30,250 nt of DNA from a virus (IMGVR_UViG_2609459863_000015), one strand, 5' to 3'; positions 1-7,047 are shown, counted from the first letter of the stretch. Translations and numbers: made by a program. The notes: generated by a model from the letters alone, not told the origin.

Positions 1-99
1 GTAATACGTTGACGGGGCAATATGCAGTTCGCTGCATAGCGGTCCGACCCCGTACTGCTCACGCAGCTTATCCAGCAGTGGCATCATTTTTTCCAGAGG
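1..99 (-). CDS. IS3-family transposase OrfB, N-terminal fragment (window-truncated), in the -1 frame overlapping the orfA stop
   Basis: Minus-strand translation of 1..99 gives [33 protein letters not shown], the typical N-terminus of an IS3-family OrfB. An A-rich run (GGAAAAAATGATG) at the orfA/orfB overlap is consistent with the programmed -1 frameshift window of this family. Confidence 0.6.
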
Positions 100-410
100 C
101 GGTCGAACTCCGCCTTCGCAAAATAAGCGGAAGCCTGGCGAAGGATATCGTTACTGCGGCGCAGTTCACGATTTTCACGTTCCAGCTCTTTCAGACGCTG
201 ACGTTCAGCGGTGGTGAGCCCGCCATCACCGCCTCCGGTATCCCGCTCATGCTGGCGTACCCAGACACGCAGAGTCTCCGGTGTACAGCCAATCTTTGGA
301 GCAATGGAACAAATTGCCGCCCACTGTGAGTCATATTCGCCCTGACTTTCCAGAACCATACGAATCGCCCTCTGACGGACTTCGGGGGAAAAACGAGTAT
401 TTTTAGTCAT
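84..410 (-). CDS. IS3-family transposase OrfA (helix-turn-helix plus leucine-zipper protein)
   Basis: 108 aa [64 protein letters not shown]...[26 protein letters not shown] matches IS629/IS1203 OrfA from memory. Confidence 0.85.
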   Translation of the reverse strand: MTKNTRFSPEVRQRAIRMVLESQGEYDSQWAAICSIAPKIGCTPETLRVWVRQHERDTGGGDGGLTTAERQRLKELERENRELRRSNDILRQASAYFAKAEFDRLWKK

Positions 411-466
411 CCTGTTTACCTCTTTCTCAGGAAGTTTAGTCTCCAGGATTCCCGGGGCGGTTCACA

Positions 467-628
467 CCGCTTATTCGTGTCATGAACGGACACATCTACA
501 GAGTACCAGATCGTCGTAAGCGTAAACCGGAGCTGAAGCCTTCCGAAATACCAACACTGCTCGGATATACCGCCAGCCTGGTTGATAAAAAATGGTTGCG
601 ACTGGCAGCAAGGAGGAATCATGGCTGA
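467..628 (+). pseudogene. ninE: ninE-like gene, 5'-truncated by the IS insertion (start codon and first few codons lost)
   Basis: The frame opens directly at the IS boundary (465) and reads [53 protein letters not shown], resembling the NinE family of lambdoid nin regions. Its stop overlaps the ybcO-like start (ATGGCTGA). Confidence 0.5.
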
Positions 629-911
629 TTTGAGAAAAGCAGCGCGTAGTCGGGAATGCCAGGTAAGAATCCCTGGCGTATGTAATGGCAACCCTGAAAC
701 GTCTGTACTGGCACATATCCGGCTGACTGGATTGTGCGGCACCGGTACCAAACCGCCAGACCTGATTGCCACCATTGCATGTTCTGCCTGCCACGACGAA
801 ATCGACCGCCGCACACATTTTGTCGATGCTGCATATGCAAAAGAATGCGCGCTGGAAGGTATGGCGAGAACACAGGTTATCTGGCTGAAAGAGGGGGTTA
901 TTAAGGCGTGA
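621..911 (+). CDS. ybcO: DUF1364-family nin-region protein (YbcO-like, putative nuclease)
   Basis: ORF 582..911; the likely true start is the ATG at 621 ([26 protein letters not shown]...), preceded by AGGAGG at 611..616. Cys/His-rich. Its stop overlaps the rusA GTG start (GTGA). Confidence 0.7.
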   Translation: MADLRKAARSRECQVRIPGVCNGNPETSVLAHIRLTGLCGTGTKPPDLIATIACSACHDEIDRRTHFVDAAYAKECALEGMARTQVIWLKEGVIKA

Positions 912-1270
912 ATACCTACAGCATCACATTACCCTGGCCTCCGAGCAATAATCGCTATTACCGCCATAATCGCGGGCGCACGCACGTCAGCGCAGAGGGG
1001 CAGGCATACCGCGATAACGTCGCCCGAATCATTAAAAACGCAATGCTGGATATCGGCCTGGCTATGCCTGTGAAAATCCGCATTGAGTGCCACATGCCGG
1101 ATCGCCGTCGCCGTGACCTGGATAATCTGCAAAAAGCCGCTTTTGACGCACTCACTAAAGCAGGTTTCTGGCTGGATGATGCTCAGGTCGTTGATTACCG
1201 CGTTGTGAAGATGCCTGTTACCAAAGGTGGGAGGCTGGAACTGACCATCACCGAAATGGGGAATGAATGA
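908..1270 (+). CDS. rusA: RusA crossover junction endodeoxyribonuclease (Holliday junction resolvase)
   Basis: 120 aa, [38 protein letters not shown]...[31 protein letters not shown]; matches E. coli RusA from memory. GTG start. Confidence 0.9.
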   Translation: MNTYSITLPWPPSNNRYYRHNRGRTHVSAEGQAYRDNVARIIKNAMLDIGLAMPVKIRIECHMPDRRRRDLDNLQKAAFDALTKAGFWLDDAQVVDYRVVKMPVTKGGRLELTITEMGNE

Positions 1271-1407
1271 TGTTTGAGTTTTATATGGCAGAACGTCTTC
1301 GCCACCGCTGGGGGCGTCTGCGCTTATATCGTTTCCCCGGTTCTGTTTTGACCGATTACCGAATACTGAAGAATTACGCCAAAACCCTGACAGGAGCAGG
1401 AGTATGA
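1267..1407 (+). CDS. ylcG: Small nin-region protein (YlcG-like, 46 aa)
   Basis: Not in the ORF track (below its length cutoff). ATGATG at 1267 overlaps the rusA stop; translation [46 protein letters not shown]. Resembles DLP12 YlcG from memory. Confidence 0.55.
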   Translation: MMFEFYMAERLRHRWGRLRLYRFPGSVLTDYRILKNYAKTLTGAGV

Positions 1408-1492
1408 AGTCAGAGATAACAATCAACTAATACTGTTTCGTTGATTTTTGCTTGTAATTGGCGTTCTGGTCTGATTTTTGTGGAGTAAGTTG

Positions 1493-1876
1493 ATGCGTGA
1501 TATTCAGATGGTTCTTGAGCGTTGGGGAGCGTGGGCGGCTAATAATCATGAAGATGTGACCTGGTCGTCCATTGCCGCCGGTTTTAAGGGATTAATTACT
1601 TCAAAAGTAAAATCTCGCCCGCAATGTTGTGACGATGACGCGATGATCATTTGCGGGTGCATGGCCCGTCTGAAAAAGAACAACAGCGATTTGCACGATT
1701 TATTAGTAGATTATTATGTAGTCGGTATGACATTCATGTCACTGGCAGGTAAGCATTGCTGCTCTGATGGTTATATCGGGAAAAGGTTACAGAAGGCTGA
1801 GGGCATAATTGAAGGGATGTTAATGGCATTAGATATCCGGTTAGAGATGGATATCGTTGTTAATAACTCTAATTAA
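1493..1876 (+). CDS. Q: Late-gene antiterminator Q (DLP12 QuuD-like)
   Basis: ORF 1478..1876; the likely start is the ATG at 1493 ([22 protein letters not shown]...), with GGAG 6 nt upstream. Cys-rich putative zinc-binding segment [16 protein letters not shown]. Sits in the canonical Q position after rusA/ylcG. Confidence 0.8.
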   Translation: MRDIQMVLERWGAWAANNHEDVTWSSIAAGFKGLITSKVKSRPQCCDDDAMIICGCMARLKKNNSDLHDLLVDYYVVGMTFMSLAGKHCCSDGYIGKRLQKAEGIIEGMLMALDIRLEMDIVVNNSN

Positions 1877-1908
1877 TACGCCAATTATTTACTAAAAGTT
1901 ATTAAAAA

Positions 1909-1928
1909 TGGGGCGTTGAAACGCCCCC
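1909..1928 (-). terminator. Rho-independent terminator for minus-strand (porin / IpeX-like) transcripts
   Basis: GGGGCGT/ACGCCCC stem with a 4-nt loop, followed on the minus strand by ATTTTTAATAA. Confidence 0.5.
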
Positions 1929-2015
1929 AAAAATAAAGGGTAATATATAACAGAAGGTTTGTATAGTTAGAAGCAAGGTTGTGCTTCTAAAGGAAGTGGC
2001 TTGAGGGAGCCACTT

Positions 2016-2056
2016 ATATGTTGGGGAGGCAAAGCCTCCCACAACATATCTTTTAG
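2016..2056 (+). terminator. Long GC-rich hairpin with a short T-tract on the plus strand; possible tR'-like terminator or simply part of the porin 3' UTR structure
   Basis: ATATGTTGGGGAGGC-AAA-GCCTCCCACAACATAT followed by CTTTTAG. Confidence 0.3.
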
Positions 2057-2064
2057 TAATCAAA

Positions 2065-3147
2065 TTAGAACTGGTAAACCATACCTACAGCAACGATATC
2101 ATCGGTAGCAACGCCAGATGCTTTCGTGAAATCGCTCTTATCAATCAGGTTGATTTTGTAGTCAACAAAAGTGGACATATTTTTGTTGAAGTAATAGGTT
2201 GCACCTACATCAACATATTCAACCAGGTCCTGATCACCCCAAACACCCAAGTCTTTTCCTTTAGAATGCAGGTAAGCAACGGATGGACGCAGGCCGAAGT
2301 CGAACTGATATTGTGCAACAGCTTCGAAGTTTTGTGCTTTGTTGGCAATATGGTTATTACCAAAAACAGTCATGTTCTGGGTTTCAGAATAGGTGGTGGC
2401 CAGATAGATGTTGTTCGCATCATATTTCAGACCAGCTGCCCATACTTCAGCATTTTGACCAGAAGCATTCAGACCGTTGTTACCGTAGATAACCTGATTA
2501 TTAGTGCGATCAGATTTAGCATAGGTTGCACCCACGCCGAATCCTTCATACTCATAAGTAGTTGAGAAACCGAAACCATCGCCATTAGCTTCAGTTACTT
2601 CATTTCGGTCATTTTTGCCCTGATACTGAGCTGCAAAGTTCAGGCCATCAACCAGACCAAAGAAGTCGTTGTTACGATAAGTTGCAACACCTGTGGTGCG
2701 ACCAGTCATGAATACATCTGTTTGGGTCCAGGTATCGCCACCGAATTCTGGCAGAACGTCAGTCCACGCACCGATGTCGTATGCTACACCGTAGTTACGG
2801 CCGTAATCGATTGAGCCGTAGTCACCGAATTTCAGGCCTGCAAATGCAAGACGGGTTTTGTCTTTGGAGGAACCTTGAGATTCAGCGCGGTTGCCTTTGA
2901 ATTCATATTCCCACTGACCGAAACCAGTCAGTTGATCGTTGATTTGGGTTTCACCTTTGAAGCCAAGACGGGCATAAGTAGTATCACCATCATCTGCATC
3001 ATTAGAGGAGAAGTAGTGCTTAGCATTAACTTTCCCGTACAGATCCAGCTTGTTACTGTCTTTATTATAAATTTCAGCTGCCTGAGCAGACATCGCCATC
3101 AGTACTGATGCAGCTACAGCAGAAATTGCCACTGTTAATTTTTTCAT
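2065..3147 (-). CDS. nmpC: Outer-membrane porin, NmpC/Lc (OmpC family), phage-borne moron, apparently intact
   Basis: 360 aa with signal peptide [40 protein letters not shown]... and C-terminal ...VAVGMVYQF (terminal Phe typical of OMPs). Matches NmpC from memory. Opposite strand to the flanking Q and lysis genes. Confidence 0.88.
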   Translation of the reverse strand: MKKLTVAISAVAASVLMAMSAQAAEIYNKDSNKLDLYGKVNAKHYFSSNDADDGDTTYARLGFKGETQINDQLTGFGQWEYEFKGNRAESQGSSKDKTRLAFAGLKFGDYGSIDYGRNYGVAYDIGAWTDVLPEFGGDTWTQTDVFMTGRTTGVATYRNNDFFGLVDGLNFAAQYQGKNDRNEVTEANGDGFGFSTTYEYEGFGVGATYAKSDRTNNQVIYGNNGLNASGQNAEVWAAGLKYDANNIYLATTYSETQNMTVFGNNHIANKAQNFEAVAQYQFDFGLRPSVAYLHSKGKDLGVWGDQDLVEYVDVGATYYFNKNMSTFVDYKINLIDKSDFTKASGVATDDIVAVGMVYQF

Positions 3148-3735
3148 CGTGAGCCCTTTTTTTTGAACTATTATTAAAAAATGATGTCACTGCGCGATAA
3201 ATATTCATCTAATCAATGTGATTATTTCAAGATGTAAGTTTTAGTTTCTCATTTAATTTGTGAAGTAGATCTCTATTTTTATCTGAACTTTTTCTATCGA
3301 AACCTATTTATGGCTCTTATTTGAACAAAAATAAACCTATTAGCTAATTTATATTAATGGCTGTTATTTATGGGGGTTCTATAATTCGGCAGTTTAATTT
3401 AAATCAACTAAAAATAACCTCTGAAATTATTTATTGGTTATTTGTTGAGGTTTTCTTATGTATTTGTGGTGGTGTTTTGAACACTCGGTAGCATTCTCAT
3501 AAATATCATTCAGTGGTTTACGTACGTAAAAAATTGGTTATGCTGTTAAGAGTGGTTACTTCGTCACACAGCTTAAACCCGCCGTCGAGCTGGTTTTTCC
3601 ATTTTTTGAGTCTCGATATTAGCTGATAACTTAATACCTGAGTTATTCACTGACTCCGAGTCTGTTACGTTTCTGCTTTTTTGCGATACGTTGTATTCCC
3701 TCAATTTACACCCGCTTTGTCTGCGAGGTGGGGTT
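3148..3735. promoter_or_regulatory. AT-rich divergent intergenic region: porin promoter and 5' UTR on the minus strand, upstream region and RBS of the holin on the plus strand
   Basis: About 590 bp without convincing ORFs and very AT-rich between 3150 and 3480. GAGGTGGGG RBS just before the holin ATG at 3736. Confidence 0.4.
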
Positions 3736-3951
3736 ATGAAATCCATGGATAAGTTAACAACGGGTGTCGCCTATGGCACCTCAGCAGGTAGTGCCGGTTA
3801 CTGGTTTTTACAGCTGCTCGATAAAGTCACGCCCTCACAGTGGGCAGCAATAGGTGTGCTGGGTAGCCTGGTATTTGGCCTGCTGACGTACCTGACAAAC
3901 CTTTATTTCAAGATTAAAGAAGATAAGCGCAAGGCTGCGAGAGGTGAATAA
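3736..3951 (+). CDS. S: Class II holin / pinholin (phage 21 S21-like) with dual-start motif
   Basis: 71 aa [71 protein letters not shown]. Met1-Lys-Ser-Met4 gives antiholin and holin starts (3736 and 3745). The track ORF begins further upstream at a TTG. Confidence 0.85.
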
Positions 3952-4448
3952 TGCCTCCATCATTACGAAAAGCCGTTGCTGCTGCTATTGGTGGCGGAGC
4001 AATTGCTACAGCATCAGTGTTAATCACTGGCCCAAGTGGTAACGATGGTCTGGAAGGTGTCAGCTACATACCATACAAAGATATTGTTGGTGTATGGACT
4101 GTATGTCACGGGCATACAGGAAAAGACATCATGCTCGGTAAAACGTATACCGAAGCAGAGTGCAAAGCCCTCCTGAATAAAGACCTTGCCACTGTCGCCA
4201 GGCAAATTAACCCGTATATCGAAGTCGATATACCGGAAACAACGCGCGGCGCTCTTTACTCATTCGTTTACAACGTGGGTGCTGGCAATTTCAGAACATC
4301 GACGCTTCTTCGCAAAATAAACCAGGGCGATATCAAAGGCGCATGTGATCAGCTACGTCGCTGGACATATGCTGGCGGTAAGCAATGGAAAGGGCTGATG
4401 ACTCGCCGTGAGATTGAGCGTGAAGTCTGTTTGTGGGGGCAGCAATGA
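3951..4448 (+). CDS. R: SAR (signal-anchor-release) endolysin, lysozyme family
   Basis: 165 aa. N-terminal Gly/Ala-rich weakly hydrophobic segment [20 protein letters not shown] followed by a lysozyme-like domain. Start overlaps the holin stop (TAATG). Confidence 0.85.
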   Translation: MPPSLRKAVAAAIGGGAIATASVLITGPSGNDGLEGVSYIPYKDIVGVWTVCHGHTGKDIMLGKTYTEAECKALLNKDLATVARQINPYIEVDIPETTRGALYSFVYNVGAGNFRTSTLLRKINQGDIKGACDQLRRWTYAGGKQWKGLMTRREIEREVCLWGQQ

Positions 4449-4882
4449 GCAGAGTAACTGCGATTATCTTCGCTCTGGTTATCTGCATCATCGTCTGCCT
4501 GTCATGGGCTGTTAATCATTACCGTGATAACGCCATGACCTACAAAGAACAGCGCGACAAAGCCACATCCATCATCGCTGACATGCAGAAGCGTCAACGT
4601 GACGTAGCAGAACTCGATGCCAGATATACAAAGGAACTTGCTGATGCTAACGCGACTATCGAAAGTCTCCGTGATGATGTTTCTGCTGGGCGTAAGCGGC
4701 TGCAAGTCGCCGCCTCCTGTGCAAAGTCAAAGACCGGAGCCAGCAGCATGGGCGATGGAGAAAGCCCAAGACTTACAGCAGATGCTGAACTCAATTATTA
4801 CCGTCTCCGAAGTGGAATCGACAGGATAACCGCGCAGGTTAACTACCTGCAGGAGTACATCAGGACGCAATGTCTGAAATAA
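4445..4882 (+). CDS. Rz: Rz i-spanin (inner-membrane spanin subunit)
   Basis: Start ATG at 4445 overlaps the endolysin stop (ATGA). N-terminal TM segment [16 protein letters not shown] followed by a coiled-coil-like, charged periplasmic domain. The track ORF starts at a GTG at 4433. Confidence 0.8.
   Translation: MSRVTAIIFALVICIIVCLSWAVNHYRDNAMTYKEQRDKATSIIADMQKRQRDVAELDARYTKELADANATIESLRDDVSAGRKRLQVAASCAKSKTGASSMGDGESPRLTADAELNYYRLRSGIDRITAQVNYLQEYIRTQCLK
4644..4829 (+). CDS. Rz1: Rz1 o-spanin (outer-membrane lipoprotein), embedded in the +1 frame of Rz
   Basis: [36 protein letters not shown]...: signal peptide with lipobox VSGC followed by a Pro-rich mature part, entirely inside Rz. Start chosen at the ATG at 4644 for a proper n-region; AAGGAA lies upstream. 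Confidence 0.7.
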   Translation: MLTRLSKVSVMMFLLGVSGCKSPPPVQSQRPEPAAWAMEKAQDLQQMLNSIITVSEVESTG

Positions 4883-4913
4883 TTTTTTTGCAAATCACAA
4901 AGTCCATTTAATG

Positions 4914-4972
4914 AGCCTCGCGATGCGGGGCTTTTTTGCAATAAATGCGTACCGCAACGCATGTTTTTTTTT
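4914..4972 (+). terminator. Tandem Rho-independent terminators downstream of the lysis cassette
   Basis: Imperfect hairpin GCCTCGCG-ATG-CGGGGC followed by TTTTTT (4914..4937), then ATGCGT-ACCGCA-ACGCAT followed by G plus nine T (4945..4972). Confidence 0.55.
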
Positions 4973-5087
4973 ACACCGAACCTGCCCCTTTGGAATGGGC
5001 CTTTGAGGATACCAGTTAGTGCTGGCGAGCCTCGGTGGGCTGGTTTCCTGTGCGGCAAAGGTTCATTTCAAATGGTAGGTAAACGTT

Positions 5088-5609
5088 ATGAATATCGTGC
5101 CACTTAATTACAAAGGTGAAATTGTCAGTTTCAACACTGATGGTTGGATCAACGTCACAGGTGTTGCTGAGAGATTTGGGAAACGCATTGATAACTGGAT
5201 GCGTTTGGCAGAAACGCTTGAATACGTTCGTGCTTTAGACGAAGCGTTGACCGGGAAAGAATCTCAAATTTTACATCCCTCACAATCGAGGTATGTAAAA
5301 ACCAGCAAGGCACGAAAGGACAGGGGTGGTGGTACGTGGCTACATCCAAAACTTTCAGTTGCATTTGCCCGTTGGTGTGATGCTCGTTTTGCTGTGTGGT
5401 GCGACCTGCACATTGATAGTCTGCTTCGCGGTGAACTGACTGAGCAGCAGAAATATGAGCAAGCATGTCGCATTCGCGATGACCGGAAATCAAAAGCCAG
5501 CAATGGGGCAAGAGAGATGGCTCGCTGGCGATGGGATAAGCCGGTTATTGAAGCAAATGTTGAGTACTGGCGCGAGCAACTGCAGTTGACTCTCGATATC
5601 GCGTGCTGA
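5088..5609 (+). CDS. KilA-N domain-like protein (putative DNA-binding, phage-associated); family assignment tentative
   Basis: 173 aa. N-terminal segment ...FNTDGWINVTGVAERFGKRIDNWMRLAETLEYVRAL... resembles the KilA-N / APSES-like fold; basic C-terminal half. Occupies the position that bor holds in lambda. Confidence 0.5.
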   Translation: MNIVPLNYKGEIVSFNTDGWINVTGVAERFGKRIDNWMRLAETLEYVRALDEALTGKESQILHPSQSRYVKTSKARKDRGGGTWLHPKLSVAFARWCDARFAVWCDLHIDSLLRGELTEQQKYEQACRIRDDRKSKASNGAREMARWRWDKPVIEANVEYWREQLQLTLDIAC

Positions 5610-5748
5610 TGGCAAACGCAAAACTGCGTTATCGAAAAAATCAAAGCATTACTAGAACTGAGCAACGGCTATCCATTACAAAGCCCATCTACGGGTGGGC
5701 TTGATAATGGCTTATACCCTGCACGGGATAACTTAACTGATATCCCTT

Positions 5749-5913
5749 TTAACGGATAAAGGCATTCAAGCCTGACACATCATGCGCTGTATCGTCGCCG
5801 TATTCCCGTATTAACAGAGACCGTAGCCCGACGGGGAACTCCTTCTGCGCGAGTGTGCGGGAATAATCAAAAACGATGCACACCGGGGTTACCGGGTACA
5901 CATATTTCATCAT
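5749..5913 (-). CDS. Hypothetical small protein (54 aa), possible third gene of the minus-strand cassette
   Basis: Not in the ORF track. Minus-strand ATGATG at 5913/5910, translation MMKYVYPVTPVCIVFDYSRTLAQKEFPVGLRSLLIREYGDDTAHDVSGLNAFIR*. Starts 45 nt after the DUF1398 stop. Weak RBS, no homology recalled. Confidence 0.2.
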   Translation of the reverse strand: MMKYVYPVTPVCIVFDYSRTLAQKEFPVGLRSLLIREYGDDTAHDVSGLNAFIR

Positions 5914-5958
5914 GCCAGCGAGTCCGGTTCTGGCACGGAAGAAACCGGACGTTATGAT

Positions 5959-6369
5959 TTAGTGCGGAAATATTTGTGTAGTGTTCTGAATGTTCTCAGT
6001 AAAGAGTAATGAATTATCAAAGGTATAGTAATACCTTTTGTTTTCGTGGATATTTGTAATCCATCTGAAAACCCCTGCTGTAGCAAGATTTTTCCTGTAT
6101 TCGTAAAATGATAACTCTCCTGATTTGAATCCTTTTAAGGTGGCTTCTATAAGGCATTTATTTTTTGAAAATCTTACATTTACAACCTTACCCTGTCCTT
6201 TTATTAAAACCGTATTATCGTTTTCAAGAACAAGATGAATATTCTCTGTAGCTAAATAGTAAATGTAATGTGAGACATTGTGACGTTTTAGTTCAGAATA
6301 AAACCAGTGATAGTTTAAATTATTTCGCACTTTATCGAATATTTGTTTAAAAATGGCAACCTGAGCCAT
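5959..6369 (-). CDS. ybcV: DUF1398-family protein (YbcV/YdfO-like), function unknown
   Basis: ORF 5959..6384; the likely start is the internal Met ([58 protein letters not shown]...) with AAGG upstream. Very AT-rich coding sequence. Resembles DLP12 YbcV and Qin YdfO from memory. Confidence 0.65.
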   Translation of the reverse strand: MAQVAIFKQIFDKVRNNLNYHWFYSELKRHNVSHYIYYLATENIHLVLENDNTVLIKGQGKVVNVRFSKNKCLIEATLKGFKSGELSFYEYRKNLATAGVFRWITNIHENKRYYYTFDNSLLFTENIQNTTQIFPH

Positions 6370-6425
6370 TGTAGTACCTTCCATGTGATATGAGGGGCGT
6401 AGTCTGCACGATTATCTAAATTGCT

Positions 6426-6659
6426 TCAATCTGGTCTGATCTGTTTTCTGAGCAATTCAGTAATGTCACTCTTTTCTTTGTTTGCTTCAGGAGAAACTCT
6501 TTTTTCTGAGCACAGTCTCCGGCGGCAGGCTTCAATGACCCAGGCTGAGAAATTCCCGGACCCTTTTTGATCAAGAGCGATGTTAATTTGTTCAATCATT
6601 TGGTTAGGAAAGCGGATGTTGCGGATTGTTGTTCTGCGGGTTCTGTTCTTCGTTGACAT
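6426..6659 (-). CDS. ylcI: Ribbon-helix-helix (Arc/MetJ-like) small DNA-binding protein, YlcI/DUF3950-like
   Basis: 77 aa MSTKNRTRRTTIRNIRFPNQMIEQINIALDQKGSGNFSAWVIEACRRRL...: basic N-terminal beta-strand followed by two helices, as in RHH repressors. First gene of a minus-strand cassette with the DUF1398 gene 56 bp downstream. Confidence 0.6.
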   Translation of the reverse strand: MSTKNRTRRTTIRNIRFPNQMIEQINIALDQKGSGNFSAWVIEACRRRLCSEKRVSPEANKEKSDITELLRKQIRPD

Positions 6660-6829
6660 GAGGTTGTCCCGTATTTAGTGTCGCTGATTTGTATTGTCTG
6701 AAGTTGTTTTTACGTTAAGTTGATGCAGATCAATTAATATGATACCTGCGTCATAATTGATTATTTGACGTGGTTTGATGGCGTAGATGCACGTTGTGAC
6801 ATGCAGATGATAATTATTATCATTTTGCG

Positions 6830-7047
6830 GGTCCTTTCCGGCGATCCGACAGGTTACGGGGCGGCGACCTCGCGGGTTTTCGCTATTTATGAAAATTTTC
6901 CGGTTTAAGGCGTTTCCGTTCTTCTTCGTCATAACTTAATGTTTTTATTTAAAATACCCTCTGAAAAGAAAGGAAGCGACAGGTGCTGAAAGCGAGCTTT
7001 TTGGCCTCTGTCGTTTCCTTTCTCTGTTTTTGTCCGTGGAATGAACA
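6830..7047. other. cos: cos site: cosQ, cosN (12-nt cohesive-end sequence GGGCGGCGACCT at 6859..6870) and cosB with Nu1-binding R elements
   Basis: Sequence ...CGACAGGTTACG|GGGCGGCGACCT|CGCGGGTTTTCGCTATTTATG... matches the joined lambda right and left ends from memory. R-like elements: CGTTTCC at 6911..6917, GGAAGCG (inverted, variant) at 6972..6978, TCGTTTCC at 7011..7018. Confidence 0.85.

Larger units (their letters stand above)
1..464 (-). mobile_element. IS3-family insertion sequence (IS629/IS1203-like), partial: the window holds the end carrying orfA and one terminal inverted repeat
   Basis: Reverse complement of 411..464 reads TGAACCGCCCCGGGAATCCTGGAGACTAAACTTCCTGAGAAAGAGGTAAACAGG, which I recognise as the IS629-type terminal inverted repeat, immediately followed by the orfA start. 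orfA and the start of orfB are on the minus strand. The element continues beyond the window start. Confidence 0.8.
1895..2064 (-). ncRNA. ipeX: Candidate IpeX-like sRNA / structured 3' UTR of the porin gene
   Basis: On the minus strand the roughly 170 nt after the porin stop codon contain four consecutive hairpins (2016..2049, 1991..2016, about 1962..1981, 1910..1927), the last followed by a U-rich tract (minus-strand ATTTTTAATAACTTTTAG). IpeX was described (from memory) as lying between the nmpC stop and its Rho-independent terminator in DLP12. Confidence 0.35.

Noticed and set aside
9-329. Plus-strand 106-aa ORF opposite IS orfA
   Set aside because: Antisense to the well-supported IS3-family OrfA/OrfB frames; no start context.
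416-818. Minus-strand ORFs (132 and 112 aa) across the IS boundary and the ybcO-like gene
   Set aside because: They run across the IS terminal repeat into unrelated flanking DNA and antisense to ninE/ybcO; a composite artefact.
1478-1492. Upstream ATG start for Q (MWSKL...) given by the ORF track
   Set aside because: The ATG at 1493 has a GGAG Shine-Dalgarno at proper spacing and gives the familiar MRDIQ N-terminus; the upstream ATG lacks an RBS.
4674-4829. Alternative Rz1 start at the internal Met-Met (4674)
   Set aside because: Would leave only a 9-residue uncharged leader before the lipobox Cys; the ATG at 4644 gives a canonical lipoprotein signal peptide.
5610-5699. 29-codon plus-strand ORF starting at the KilA-N stop (MANAKLRYRKNQSITRTEQRLSITKPIYGWA)
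   Set aside because: Very short, no RBS, no recognisable motif; noted only because of the ATGA-type overlap.
6675-6932. 85-aa minus-strand ORF spanning cosN
   Set aside because: It crosses the cohesive-end site and the AT-rich promoter region of the RHH cassette. Its translation is low-complexity with no RBS, and this interval is non-coding in lambda.
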